Part shown: one piece after another, positions 10,895-18,963 of the stretch
Layout: every line of letters starts with the position of its first letter
Numbering within the stretch: the first letter of the stretch is position 1
DNA from: Candidatus Roizmanbacteria bacterium CG_4_9_14_0_2_um_filter_38_17
GTDB lineage: Bacteria > Patescibacteriota > Microgenomatia > GCA-00278855
Direction: 5' to 3'
Assembly (NCBI GenBank): GCA_002788855.1
Contig: PFSB01000006.1
Span: forward strand, 99,292-163,291
DNA: 64,000 nt
Made by a program: the position numbers and the translations under genes
The notes under the pieces: generated by a model
What the model saw: the letters and a program-made list of their open reading frames with translations, nothing else
What the model was told of the DNA's origin: nothing
Database searches by the model: none

Positions 10895-10922
10895 TTGACA
10901 AATAGGCTTTGTTTTGTATACT
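10895..10922 (+). promoter_or_regulatory. Sigma70-like promoter (TTGACA-16nt-TATACT)
   Basis: TTGACA at 10895..10900 and TATACT at 10917..10922; track ORF 10895 starts on the TTG of the -35 box, real start probably ATG 10931. Confidence 0.45.
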
Positions 10923-10930
10923 CTTTGTAT

Positions 10931-11191
10931 ATGTCAGAAGCTAGACCAGGTATGGTTGTTTATGATGGAGCGTTAATGCAAGCACACGATGTTGCAGAGG
11001 AAATGTTTTGGTATGTCTACGGTGACGATTTATCTGAATCCAGGGAAATAGTTGCTGCGTACCGCAATAGGGCTGTTGGCTGTGGCTGTGGTAGGTGCCA
11101 AAAGGACGAGCATCGTGCATGGAAAGGGGAAATACAAAAGTTTATTGATCCCGAAAGTTTAAGTAATCTTTTTCCACATATAGACTGGTAG
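10931..11191 (+). CDS. Hypothetical small protein with CGCGRC motif
   Basis: 86-aa ORF (MSEARPGMVVYDGALMQAHD...VGCGCGRCQKDEHRAWKGE...), locally higher GC than surroundings. Confidence 0.3.
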   Translation: MSEARPGMVVYDGALMQAHDVAEEMFWYVYGDDLSESREIVAAYRNRAVGCGCGRCQKDEHRAWKGEIQKFIDPESLSNLFPHIDW

Positions 11192-11241
11192 TTTTTTCAC
11201 CCCTTCAGTAGCCCCTTGAGATTAGATCAGCTATATTTTTC

Positions 11242-11327
11242 CCATCTCTGACTGCTTGGTTGGTTCCTCGGTCTTCTGGATAAACTTGAGCCATATTTAC
11301 TAAATAGAGATTATCTATACCGGTTTT
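11242..11327 (-). pseudogene. Orphan 86-bp duplicate of the 3' end of the FAD-oxidoreductase gene (12159..12244)
   Basis: About 94 percent identity by eye to 12159..12244 (CCATCTCTGACTGCTTGGTTGG...TCTATACCGGTTTT); would encode the same C-terminal residues (...YLVNMAQVYPEDRGTNQAVRDGK) on the minus strand. Confidence 0.6.
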
Positions 11328-11344
11328 TTTGTTTTAAAACCGGG
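11321..11344. other. Hairpin CCGGTTTT-TTTGTTTT-AAAACCGG at duplication breakpoint
   Basis: 8-bp perfect stem, 8-nt loop, followed by palindromic GTTTTAAAAC. Confidence 0.3.
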
Positions 11345-11448
11345 TTTTAAAACAAATATGTTTCTGTCTTTAATCTTAGCAACTCTTTGGCGTCCACGCC
11401 TGAGTGCTATTGTGGGATTAGTATGTTTGTTATTGTCTATTTCTCTGT

Positions 11449-11464
11449 CCGCAAGTAGCCCTGA
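11449..11464. repeat. Recombination-site-like motif copy 3 (CCGCAAGTAGCCCTGA)
   Basis: Exact repeat of 10039..10054 with similar 3' extension (WTTGC). Confidence 0.5.
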
Positions 11465-11511
11465 TTTGCGCCAGAATTAACAAGGTTTGAATCTATCCGG
11501 GGGAGCGATTG

Positions 11512-11540
11512 TTGACAATCTGTACAGAATTATGTAAAAT
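11512..11540 (+). promoter_or_regulatory. Consensus sigma70 promoter TTGACA-17nt-TAAAAT driving leaderless Phd/RelE operon
   Basis: TTGACA 11512..11517, TAAAAT 11535..11540, ATG at 11547 (only 6 nt after -10). Confidence 0.6.
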
Positions 11541-11546
11541 GAAGAC

Positions 11547-11822
11547 ATGACAATAACAATACCCATAACACAAGCAAGGGAAGAATTGACGAGCCTTGTG
11601 GATAATGTCAAGAGGAAGCTAGATGAGTATGTAATTACAGTTAATGGAACCCCTGCGGCGGTTGTGATATCTTCGGCAGAGTACGAATCTTGGAAAGAAA
11701 CAAATGAAATTCTATCTGATTTGGAACTTACAAAAGCTATAAAGAAGGGTGAGAAAGATGTAGATAAAGGACGGATTTATTCTCTTGAACAGCTGAGAAA
11801 AGAATTGAAACTTGTTTTTTAA
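11547..11822 (+). CDS. Phd/YefM-family antitoxin
   Basis: 91 aa, N-terminal ITQAREELTSLVDNV...VNGTPAAVVISSAEYESWKET typical Phd/YefM fold; immediately upstream of RelE-like gene. Confidence 0.75.
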   Translation: MTITIPITQAREELTSLVDNVKRKLDEYVITVNGTPAAVVISSAEYESWKETNEILSDLELTKAIKKGEKDVDKGRIYSLEQLRKELKLVF

Positions 11823-11827
11823 GTAAG

Positions 11828-12079
11828 ATGTATAGAATACTTATTACTTCTCAAGCTAGAAAAGAACTCAAAAAGATTAAAAAGAAATACCAGCAAGCAA
11901 TAGTAGAAATACTTGTTGAGCTTCAAGAAAATCCCAGATCAGGCAAGCCCCTAACGCGAGAGTTGACTGGAAAATTTTCTTATAAGGTAGGAGTATATAG
12001 AATAATATATACAATTAATGACCTAGATAAGACAATCCATATTCTAACAGCGGGTCATCGTTCTAGTGTATATAAATAG
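11828..12079 (+). CDS. RelE/ParE-family toxin (type II)
   Basis: 83 aa, basic N-terminus, C-terminal ...YRIIYTINDLDKTIHILTAGHRS consistent with RelE/ParE. Confidence 0.75.
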   Translation: MYRILITSQARKELKKIKKKYQQAIVEILVELQENPRSGKPLTRELTGKFSYKVGVYRIIYTINDLDKTIHILTAGHRSSVYK

Positions 12080-12118
12080 CTTGTGTGAATTTTCTGCAAG
12101 GACAAAACTTGCAGAAAA

Positions 12119-13447
12119 TTAGTATTCACCAAAGATGATTTTGTCTGCAATTGATTTTCCATCTCTGACTGCTTGGTTGGTGCCTCTGTCTTCCGGATAA
12201 ACTTGAGCCATGTTTACTAAATAGAGATTATCTATACCGGTTTTAACAGGTGGGATATAGTTATGATAATTTGTGTCTACGATGGGTTGAGCAAACTTAT
12301 CTCTAAATATCCAATGTGCATCTACAAAGGACTTGTTAAATTTGGGATTAATTTTCTTTAGTTCTTTAACAATTAGCTCAAATAAGTCTGTTTTATTCAT
12401 GGTCATTAACTCGTCCGTCTGGGCTGGGTAGGCACCAGCATAAAGCAAGTGAGCTCCACTATATTTATTTGGTGATACAAAATTAGTATGTTCAACTACA
12501 GCCAGAATATGTGAATTTGGATCGTTAACGTTTAGCCAATAGATATCTTTCATAAATTGTTTTTTTAGTTGCAAGATGGCCACCATTGCCCCACGATACT
12601 TAACCTTAGCCAGTTTTTCTGTATATTCTGCTGGTAAAGATGGGCAAAGCTTGGCAAAGACTGGATTTGGGGTTGTGACAATAATTTTGTCATATTGCAA
12701 GGTTTGACCTTTTTGAACTTGCAGGGTCAAACCCTGTTTGCTTGAAGGTTTAATTTCAACAATGTCTGAATTGGTATAGAGATTTACCTGCTTATTCCTA
12801 AGCTTCTCTAATAGCTTATCAATTAATAATTTAAATCCTCCATCAAGATAGACCAGCTCCTCATTAGCGCCGTTTCTGGATTTGCTTCGAAGATATAGCC
12901 TTGACCAGAGCCAAGCCATGGATATGCTGTCTGCGTGTTCTCCAAACTTTCCCTTTAAAAGTGGTTCCCAGATTATCTTATATGCCCTTCGGCCCGCGTA
13001 TTTGAGAATCCAGTTGCCAGCTGACAACTGTGCTAGCTTTTTCCAATTTTTATCAGTAACAAATTTTTGTAGATATATTGCCACAAACCCCAGTCTAATT
13101 CGGTCAATAAGGGGTAGAGGAGAGAAATGAAGTAAGTCTTTTGGTGTGGAGAAAGAGTAGATTTTACTGTTGTAGTGGATACCTACTGAACTTGGTAAAT
13201 AAAGTAGCTTATGATCAATATTTAGTTCGTGAATAAGGCCAATAATATCTTTGTCAGATTTAAATAGGTGATGATAGTAGCCTTCAAAACCTACTCCATT
13301 TACTGTAAGCAATCCCAGTAGTCCACCAAAATTAGCATTTTTTTCGTATAGATCTATCTGGTATTCGGGGTTTTGTGAGAGATAATAGGTTGTGCTTAAT
13401 CCTGACATGCCTCCTCCGATTATTGCAATTTTTGTTTTCATGCTCAA
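12119..13447 (-). CDS. FAD-dependent oxidoreductase (amine oxidase / desaturase / UDP-galactopyranose-mutase-like fold)
   Basis: N-terminal dinucleotide motif KIAIIGGGMSGLSTTYYL, 442 aa. Confidence 0.6.
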   Translation of the reverse strand: MSMKTKIAIIGGGMSGLSTTYYLSQNPEYQIDLYEKNANFGGLLGLLTVNGVGFEGYYHHLFKSDKDIIGLIHELNIDHKLLYLPSSVGIHYNSKIYSFSTPKDLLHFSPLPLIDRIRLGFVAIYLQKFVTDKNWKKLAQLSAGNWILKYAGRRAYKIIWEPLLKGKFGEHADSISMAWLWSRLYLRSKSRNGANEELVYLDGGFKLLIDKLLEKLRNKQVNLYTNSDIVEIKPSSKQGLTLQVQKGQTLQYDKIIVTTPNPVFAKLCPSLPAEYTEKLAKVKYRGAMVAILQLKKQFMKDIYWLNVNDPNSHILAVVEHTNFVSPNKYSGAHLLYAGAYPAQTDELMTMNKTDLFELIVKELKKINPKFNKSFVDAHWIFRDKFAQPIVDTNYHNYIPPVKTGIDNLYLVNMAQVYPEDRGTNQAVRDGKSIADKIIFGEY

Positions 13448-13470
13448 TTTAAGGCTTAGCCTTATTTCGC

Positions 13471-15096
13471 TTAATACTTTACTTTATCTGTAACGTCTAT
13501 AAAATCATAAGGATGTTCAAGGTCAGATGTTATATAGTTGTTATCAGGTAATAATTCCAGATTAGTGTTGAAATATTGATTAAAAATTACTCTAAAAGAG
13601 TTAACTGGAGATATGCTGGGATACAGTATCTCTTGCATGTTCATATTGGGTAGATAATAGGCATTTAGGATACGCATTTTAACTCTAAGTGCGTTATCAC
13701 TGAGCGTTCTCCAATCCATATCTTCACCGCAGTGACCCCAGCCATCGTCTTCTGCTAATTCTGGAATAATGCCACAGGGGCCTTCGTCTGACTGAACAAT
13801 AATGATTGGTTCAGATTCTGAATTAAGCAGAATGTTATCTACAATATCTTGGATAACTTTGTTGGTATAGATTAATTGATCCAGATAACTGTCTGAATCA
13901 CTTTGGCTATTTACATCACTTTCAGTTATATGGTTACCTTCCCTGTCATAAATATATGGTCCATGGGGAAGTAGCATATGGACAAACACAAACTTAGGAC
14001 CAGACTTTGTTTTAGTGATCTGCTCTAACCTCTTAACTTTAGCTGGAATCCTTAACTTCTGCTCAACCCGAAGATAGTTTTCTTCACCGAATTCAACAGC
14101 CTGCATTTTGGCAAGCACTGGTAAGGCTAGTGTGGTCTGCAAGAACTCTCTGGAGAACTGATCAAGCCCTAGAAAGCTCCAACTATATACTTCGTCTGCT
14201 AGAGTATTGTCAGCTGTAGGAAACCACCACGACCCAAGGTGATAATAGGTATATCCTAGTTCCTTCAGTGCTAGTCCAACTTGATGTTTATTCAGCATAC
14301 TGTTAATGAGTGTTTGGTCCTCCGACTCTTTCCCATATTGATCGGTAAGATGGTTAAGATAGGTCATGTTTAATGAAGAAGCGAGTGACTGGAATGTTTT
14401 AGGGTAATTTGCAACACTTTTATCTGTGACATAAAAGCCTGCGTTATTTAGGTAGTTAGTAAACTCTGCGTTATCATAATCTAGTTCTGATAGTAGAGTA
14501 GAGTTGGCAGCGTAGCGGTCGAAGATGAGGTAGTATATGTCTGGTTTAACAGCGCTTCTTAAAATCCCAAAGCTAGCTTTGGGATTGGAAGCTTGATTGG
14601 CATTAGAGCTTGGTTTGTGGGAGATAATGGTGAAGGCAGATGAAAGTAGGAGAACAATGCTCATTATAAAAAATAGCTGATTAAATTTCTCGACAAAGGT
14701 CCCACCTTTCACTTTGTGAAAGGAACGACCAAGTCTCGCATTTTGTATACCTAAGCTTATGAGAAATAACTCTGATACAAAAAGAAGCTTATCTGGGCCA
14801 ACTTTTAATATTCCAAGATCTATATTAAATTCTGGTGGAAATAGCTGTACCAAATGTCCGTGGGTAAAAAAGATTAAAATAAATATACTTGCAATAAAGG
14901 CTGTTTTAGCCTTGTTTCGGATAACCATTATTAATATTAATGTAGTGGAAACGGTTGCTAAAACTGAATATGCTAGGGGTTTATATACCATATTAATTGG
15001 AGTCTCTGCTATATTGTGGGCATAGAGAAAAAGAACTGAATATATAGCGAAAATGACAGGGTTGAGTAGTACTAATTTTTTTGACATAGATATCAT
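13471..15096 (-). CDS. Membrane-anchored sulfatase/alkaline-phosphatase-superfamily transferase (LtaS/EptA-like)
   Basis: About 5 N-terminal TM helices then PDIYYLIFDRYAAN matching the PNIvlIvlDslRaD metal-binding motif of sulfatase-like domains. Confidence 0.45.
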   Translation of the reverse strand: MISMSKKLVLLNPVIFAIYSVLFLYAHNIAETPINMVYKPLAYSVLATVSTTLILIMVIRNKAKTAFIASIFILIFFTHGHLVQLFPPEFNIDLGILKVGPDKLLFVSELFLISLGIQNARLGRSFHKVKGGTFVEKFNQLFFIMSIVLLLSSAFTIISHKPSSNANQASNPKASFGILRSAVKPDIYYLIFDRYAANSTLLSELDYDNAEFTNYLNNAGFYVTDKSVANYPKTFQSLASSLNMTYLNHLTDQYGKESEDQTLINSMLNKHQVGLALKELGYTYYHLGSWWFPTADNTLADEVYSWSFLGLDQFSREFLQTTLALPVLAKMQAVEFGEENYLRVEQKLRIPAKVKRLEQITKTKSGPKFVFVHMLLPHGPYIYDREGNHITESDVNSQSDSDSYLDQLIYTNKVIQDIVDNILLNSESEPIIIVQSDEGPCGIIPELAEDDGWGHCGEDMDWRTLSDNALRVKMRILNAYYLPNMNMQEILYPSISPVNSFRVIFNQYFNTNLELLPDNNYITSDLEHPYDFIDVTDKVKY

Positions 15097-16475
15097 CTAG
15101 ATTTCAGCCAGTATAGCGTTCGTTTGGAACCAGTAATTTTGTGTTTGGATTTTGTGATGAAATATTCATCAAACTCTTGTTCAAACTGGACTTGAGTATA
15201 CTTGTCAAAAATATCTTTGCGACTTGCTAGCATTTTCTGAACTTGGGAATCTGTTTTGGGAACAAACTCAATAACCAAATTAGCTGTAATGCTATGCAGA
15301 TACTCTGCAATACTGCTCAAGGGTAAGTTGTTGGAAATAGCTAGGTGATGGATTAATGCCAATGCCAGAACCAGATCGACTGGTCCACGCTCAATAAGAG
15401 ACATACGCTCACAGTTTTGCCAACCGAGCGCAGGAGATGGATTTGTTAGGTCCTGGATCAAAGGAAGAATATTATTAATCTTTATATTATTAAGCTTAAG
15501 ATAATTGCGTTCAACTGCTAGAGGGTCAATGTCAAAGGCGATGACATTTTTTGTGTAAGGTGCAGTGGTTATGCTAAATTCTCCGGTATTTGCTCCTAAA
15601 TCCCAGATCTGTTTAGGCTTAATCTTTTTAGTAATGTCTTTAACTAGCTTTTGTTTATGTGTAAAAGCTTTACCAGAATAGTTGGTTTGGTTGTAGTAGT
15701 CTCCCCATTCTGTCTTGGCGATATTCCAATTTAAGCTTTCTATGGTTGATTTTAGATTGATTAATATATTTGTTAACTGAGTTTTTGAAATTCCTCTTGG
15801 GTTGGTTTTTACAGTTTCGTGTTTGTCAGCATAACGTTTCTGACTTTGTGCATGAAGATGGATGTGGGTTGCTATTCCAAAATTTAACCACGACTTTTTA
15901 GGTAATAGTTTAGAAGCTAAATCCAACGGAATTCCGTCTATATTTGTTCGTAGGAGCTCCCGGGTGCGAATATCTGCATATGACATGAGAGCTAGTGGAG
16001 CAAGAAAGTGTTGGCAGAACTGTTTGTAAGCCACCCAAGGCTCTTTATTCTCATATTCTTGGAAAGACAGAGTATCTATTAATATAGCTTTATTTTTAAT
16101 AAACTGTATATTAAATGCACTAGCATCTTTTAGGATCATGTTATGTTTTAAAGCTATTAGAGAGATATCTAGCGTGGCAAGCGCAGCAACTTTAAGTTGA
16201 GAAAAACTCCATTCGTATGCATATGAGATAAAAGGTATCATGTCTGGCTTAATTACCTTGTATGACAAAGCTGGCTCAGTTGATTTTTTAGTTGATTCTC
16301 TGTGTGGGATTAATAAACTCTTTTCTAAGAGGTCTTTATATAGACCACTTGATATGAGCTTGTCATAATTACTCTTATACGACTTATTTATTTGTCTGTA
16401 GATCGCGCGGCCTTCGAGAAAAATGAAGCCGGATGGATCACGAAATGAGCCTGGAAGCTTAGTTGTTTTTTTCAT
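15093..16475 (-). CDS. FkbM-family SAM methyltransferase with N-terminal domain of unknown function
   Basis: QIWDLGANTGEFS equals FkbM motif (D-x-G-A-N-x-G); start moved to MKKTTKL. Confidence 0.55.
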   Translation of the reverse strand: MKKTTKLPGSFRDPSGFIFLEGRAIYRQINKSYKSNYDKLISSGLYKDLLEKSLLIPHRESTKKSTEPALSYKVIKPDMIPFISYAYEWSFSQLKVAALATLDISLIALKHNMILKDASAFNIQFIKNKAILIDTLSFQEYENKEPWVAYKQFCQHFLAPLALMSYADIRTRELLRTNIDGIPLDLASKLLPKKSWLNFGIATHIHLHAQSQKRYADKHETVKTNPRGISKTQLTNILINLKSTIESLNWNIAKTEWGDYYNQTNYSGKAFTHKQKLVKDITKKIKPKQIWDLGANTGEFSITTAPYTKNVIAFDIDPLAVERNYLKLNNIKINNILPLIQDLTNPSPALGWQNCERMSLIERGPVDLVLALALIHHLAISNNLPLSSIAEYLHSITANLVIEFVPKTDSQVQKMLASRKDIFDKYTQVQFEQEFDEYFITKSKHKITGSKRTLYWLKSR

Positions 16476-16665
16476 CAGCACTGGATTTTGGTTTACGTTT
16501 AAAGAGCTCAACTATTTTGCTCCAGCCAGATTTAAAGACAACAGCCCCACCTATTATTGAAGCTATAAGGATCTGAAAGACATAGCTACCCGTACCAGGA
16601 TCGAGGTATGCGTGAGCATGCTCGGGGAACAATAATACACTTAGTGTTAAGAGCAAAAGCAACAT
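16459..16665 (-). CDS. Small secreted/membrane peptide (hypothetical)
   Basis: 68 aa, signal-like N-terminus and one TM helix; heads minus-strand operon. Confidence 0.25.
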   Translation of the reverse strand: MLLLLLTLSVLLFPEHAHAYLDPGTGSYVFQILIASIIGGAVVFKSGWSKIVELFKRKPKSSADEKNN

Positions 16666-16707
16666 AAAGTGTATTTTAGCACTGTTTAAGCTAAAATTGA
16701 ATTAGAT

Positions 16708-17244
16708 ATGCGAATAGGAGTAGATATTTCACAAGTTGTGTATTCTGGTACGGGAGTAGGTGAATACACTAAAAGATTAATAGTTAATCTTGTAAAGAAC
16801 GATACGAAGAATGAGTATGTGTTGTTTTTTTCAAGCTTAAGAAGAAAACTACCAGATTCTATAGCTAAGATCCAGAATGAAAACGTAAGCATCAAGAGGT
16901 TTTATCTTCCACCTACTTTATTAGATATACTCTGGAATCGTTTGGGCATATTTCCGATTGAATGGTTTATAGGAAAAGTAGACGTCTTTATTTCCAGTGA
17001 CTGGACGCAGCCGAGCTCTCGCTTGGCTAAACTAGTAACAGTAGTACATGATCTTTCTCCATTAAAGTTCCCCCAAGAGCACCACCCTTTAATAGTAAAT
17101 GTTCATAAACGAAGACTAGATAAAGTAAAAAAACTCTGTAGCATGATAATTTGCGATAGTAAGGCAACTAAACAAGACTTAGTTGAAATGTTAGGTATTA
17201 GTGAATCAGGTGTAAAAGTTGTTTATCCTGGAGGGAAACTATGA
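16708..17244 (+). CDS. GT4 N-terminal-domain-only protein, truncated tandem paralog of 17241..18347
   Basis: MRIGVDISQVVYSGTGVGEYTKRL... aligns to N-terminal half of next gene (MMLIGVDGNEANQDTRVGIGRYAMEL...), both reaching K-VV-YPG; lacks the C-terminal EX7E glycos_transf_1 domain. Confidence 0.5.
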   Translation: MRIGVDISQVVYSGTGVGEYTKRLIVNLVKNDTKNEYVLFFSSLRRKLPDSIAKIQNENVSIKRFYLPPTLLDILWNRLGIFPIEWFIGKVDVFISSDWTQPSSRLAKLVTVVHDLSPLKFPQEHHPLIVNVHKRRLDKVKKLCSMIICDSKATKQDLVEMLGISESGVKVVYPGGKL

Positions 17245-18347
17245 TGTTAATAGGTGTTGATGGTAATGAGGCTAATCAAGACACAAGGGTAGGAATTGGT
17301 AGGTATGCGATGGAACTGCTATGGCAGTTCTACAATTTTCAAATACCAAATATCAAACTCCAAATTTATTTAAAAGATAAACCGAGAGGCCATATGCCTA
17401 AAGAGAAAGATGGGTGGGAATATAAAATTGTTGGTCCTCGAGCGTTTTGGACACAAATAGGTCTACCAATTGATCTATTTTTAGACAAAAATAGACCAGA
17501 TATATTCTGGACACCAACACATTATGCTCCGCGTTTTTGCCCCGTCCCAAGTATTGTATCGATCATGGACACTTCGTATCTACACTATCCAGAAATGTTT
17601 AAGAAAAGAGATCTATATCAATTGACGAGTTGGAGCAAATATTCAATAAATAACGCAGCTATGGTTTTGACTATCAGTAAAGCAGCAAGAGCTGATATAA
17701 TTAAGTTCTATAATGTTGATCCGACAAAAGTAGTGGTTACTTATCCGGGGATTGTAATGAATAAAAATATACTAACGAATAAGATTTTAGCTAAATATGG
17801 AATTAAGCCCAACTTTATTCTGTATGTTGGCACGCTTCAGCCACGCAAGAATTTAGTTCGCTTAATAGAGGCATTTGGTCTGTTGGAAAATAAGACGTTG
17901 CAGTTAGTTATAGTTGGAAAAAAAGGTTGGTTGTTTGACGAGATATTTACAAAAGTAAATGAGCTAGGACTGGAAGATAGAGTTATTTTTACAGGATTTG
18001 TGCCGGACGAAGAACTTTCAAGCTTCTATCAAGAAGCCAAGCTAATTACTTTAGTAAGTCTGTATGAGGGATTTGGGTTACCACCTCTTGAGGCGATGAG
18101 TTATGGTACGCCAGCTGTAGTTTCAAATGTCTCTAGTTTGCCGGAGATTGTTGGTGAGGCGGGTATTTTAGTTAATCCAGAGGATTCATCAGATATAGCC
18201 TCCGGAATAACGAAGGCTCTTACTATGTCTGATTCGGCTTATAATAAGCAAAGGGAGCTGGCAAAAGCACAAGCAGCTAAGTTTAATTGGAGTGACACAG
18301 CTAGAGAGACGCTTCAAGTATTGCAAAGTGTAGTTGGGAATATATAA
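17241..18347 (+). CDS. GT4 family glycosyltransferase
   Basis: C-terminal EGFGLPPLEAMSYGTPAVVS (glycos_transf_1 EX7E region). Confidence 0.75.
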   Translation: MMLIGVDGNEANQDTRVGIGRYAMELLWQFYNFQIPNIKLQIYLKDKPRGHMPKEKDGWEYKIVGPRAFWTQIGLPIDLFLDKNRPDIFWTPTHYAPRFCPVPSIVSIMDTSYLHYPEMFKKRDLYQLTSWSKYSINNAAMVLTISKAARADIIKFYNVDPTKVVVTYPGIVMNKNILTNKILAKYGIKPNFILYVGTLQPRKNLVRLIEAFGLLENKTLQLVIVGKKGWLFDEIFTKVNELGLEDRVIFTGFVPDEELSSFYQEAKLITLVSLYEGFGLPPLEAMSYGTPAVVSNVSSLPEIVGEAGILVNPEDSSDIASGITKALTMSDSAYNKQRELAKAQAAKFNWSDTARETLQVLQSVVGNI

Positions 18348-18364
18348 AGATCGGATCTTTATTA
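18341..18364. repeat. REP-A palindrome (TATATAAAGATC-G-GATCTTTATTA)
   Basis: Near-perfect 11/12-bp-arm hairpin; same element flanks RAYT at 34619 and 35345. Confidence 0.7.
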
Positions 18365-18369
18365 ATTAT

Positions 18370-18963
18370 ATGAAAGATAAATATGGAGATAAATTAAGTT
18401 CAGGTGAGGTTCTACAAAAAGGAATGAATAGGATAGATGGTATTCTATTGGATCTAGAACTTATGATTCTACGCTGGATTGGGCACGTACCATTTCACAG
18501 TTTCCGTAAGCTCTTCTATAGACTTTCGGGTATGAAAATAGGCAAGGGCTCGAATATTCACATGTGGGCTTGTTTTTTTGAGCCAGCTGGAATATCAATA
18601 GGAGAAGACACAATTGTCGGAAATAATGTATTTTTAGATGGTAGGGCTCCGATCACTCTGGGCAATCATGTAGACGTTGCCGCGGAAGTAATGATTTATT
18701 CGTCCCAACATGATATTGATGATCCAAAATTCAAAGCAGTATTTAAACCAGTGAATATTGGAAATTATGTATTTATTGGACCCAGAGCTATTATTTTACC
18801 AGGTGTGACGATAGGAGAAGGAGCAATAGTTGCCGCGGGAGCAGTTGTGTCAAAAGACGTAGCTCCTTTTACTGTTGTAGGAGGTGTTCCGGCTATTAAT
18901 ATACGTGATAGGAAACTTGTGGACCCTCAATACATACTTGGACGTGCGCGTAATTTTCAATAA
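18370..18963 (+). CDS. Hexapeptide-repeat (left-handed beta-helix) acetyltransferase
   Basis: Multiple [LIV]-G-x4 hexapeptides (IGNYVFIGPRAIILPGVTIGEGAIVAAGAVV); start reassigned to ATG 18370 because track start 18334 lies inside REP-A palindrome. Confidence 0.7.
   Translation: MKDKYGDKLSSGEVLQKGMNRIDGILLDLELMILRWIGHVPFHSFRKLFYRLSGMKIGKGSNIHMWACFFEPAGISIGEDTIVGNNVFLDGRAPITLGNHVDVAAEVMIYSSQHDIDDPKFKAVFKPVNIGNYVFIGPRAIILPGVTIGEGAIVAAGAVVSKDVAPFTVVGGVPAINIRDRKLVDPQYILGRARNFQ

Noticed and set aside
10039-11464. Integron gene-cassette array (repeated core motif, promoter-proximal TA cassettes)
   Set aside because: No IntI-type integrase, attI or Pc promoter is in the window. The repeats are short (16-22 bp) rather than 57-141-bp imperfect palindromic attC sites. 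Kept only as recombination-site-like repeats.
12882-13130. 82-aa plus-strand ORF inside the FAD-oxidoreductase gene
   Set aside because: It is antisense to a well-supported 442-aa CDS and has no motif. Likely spurious.
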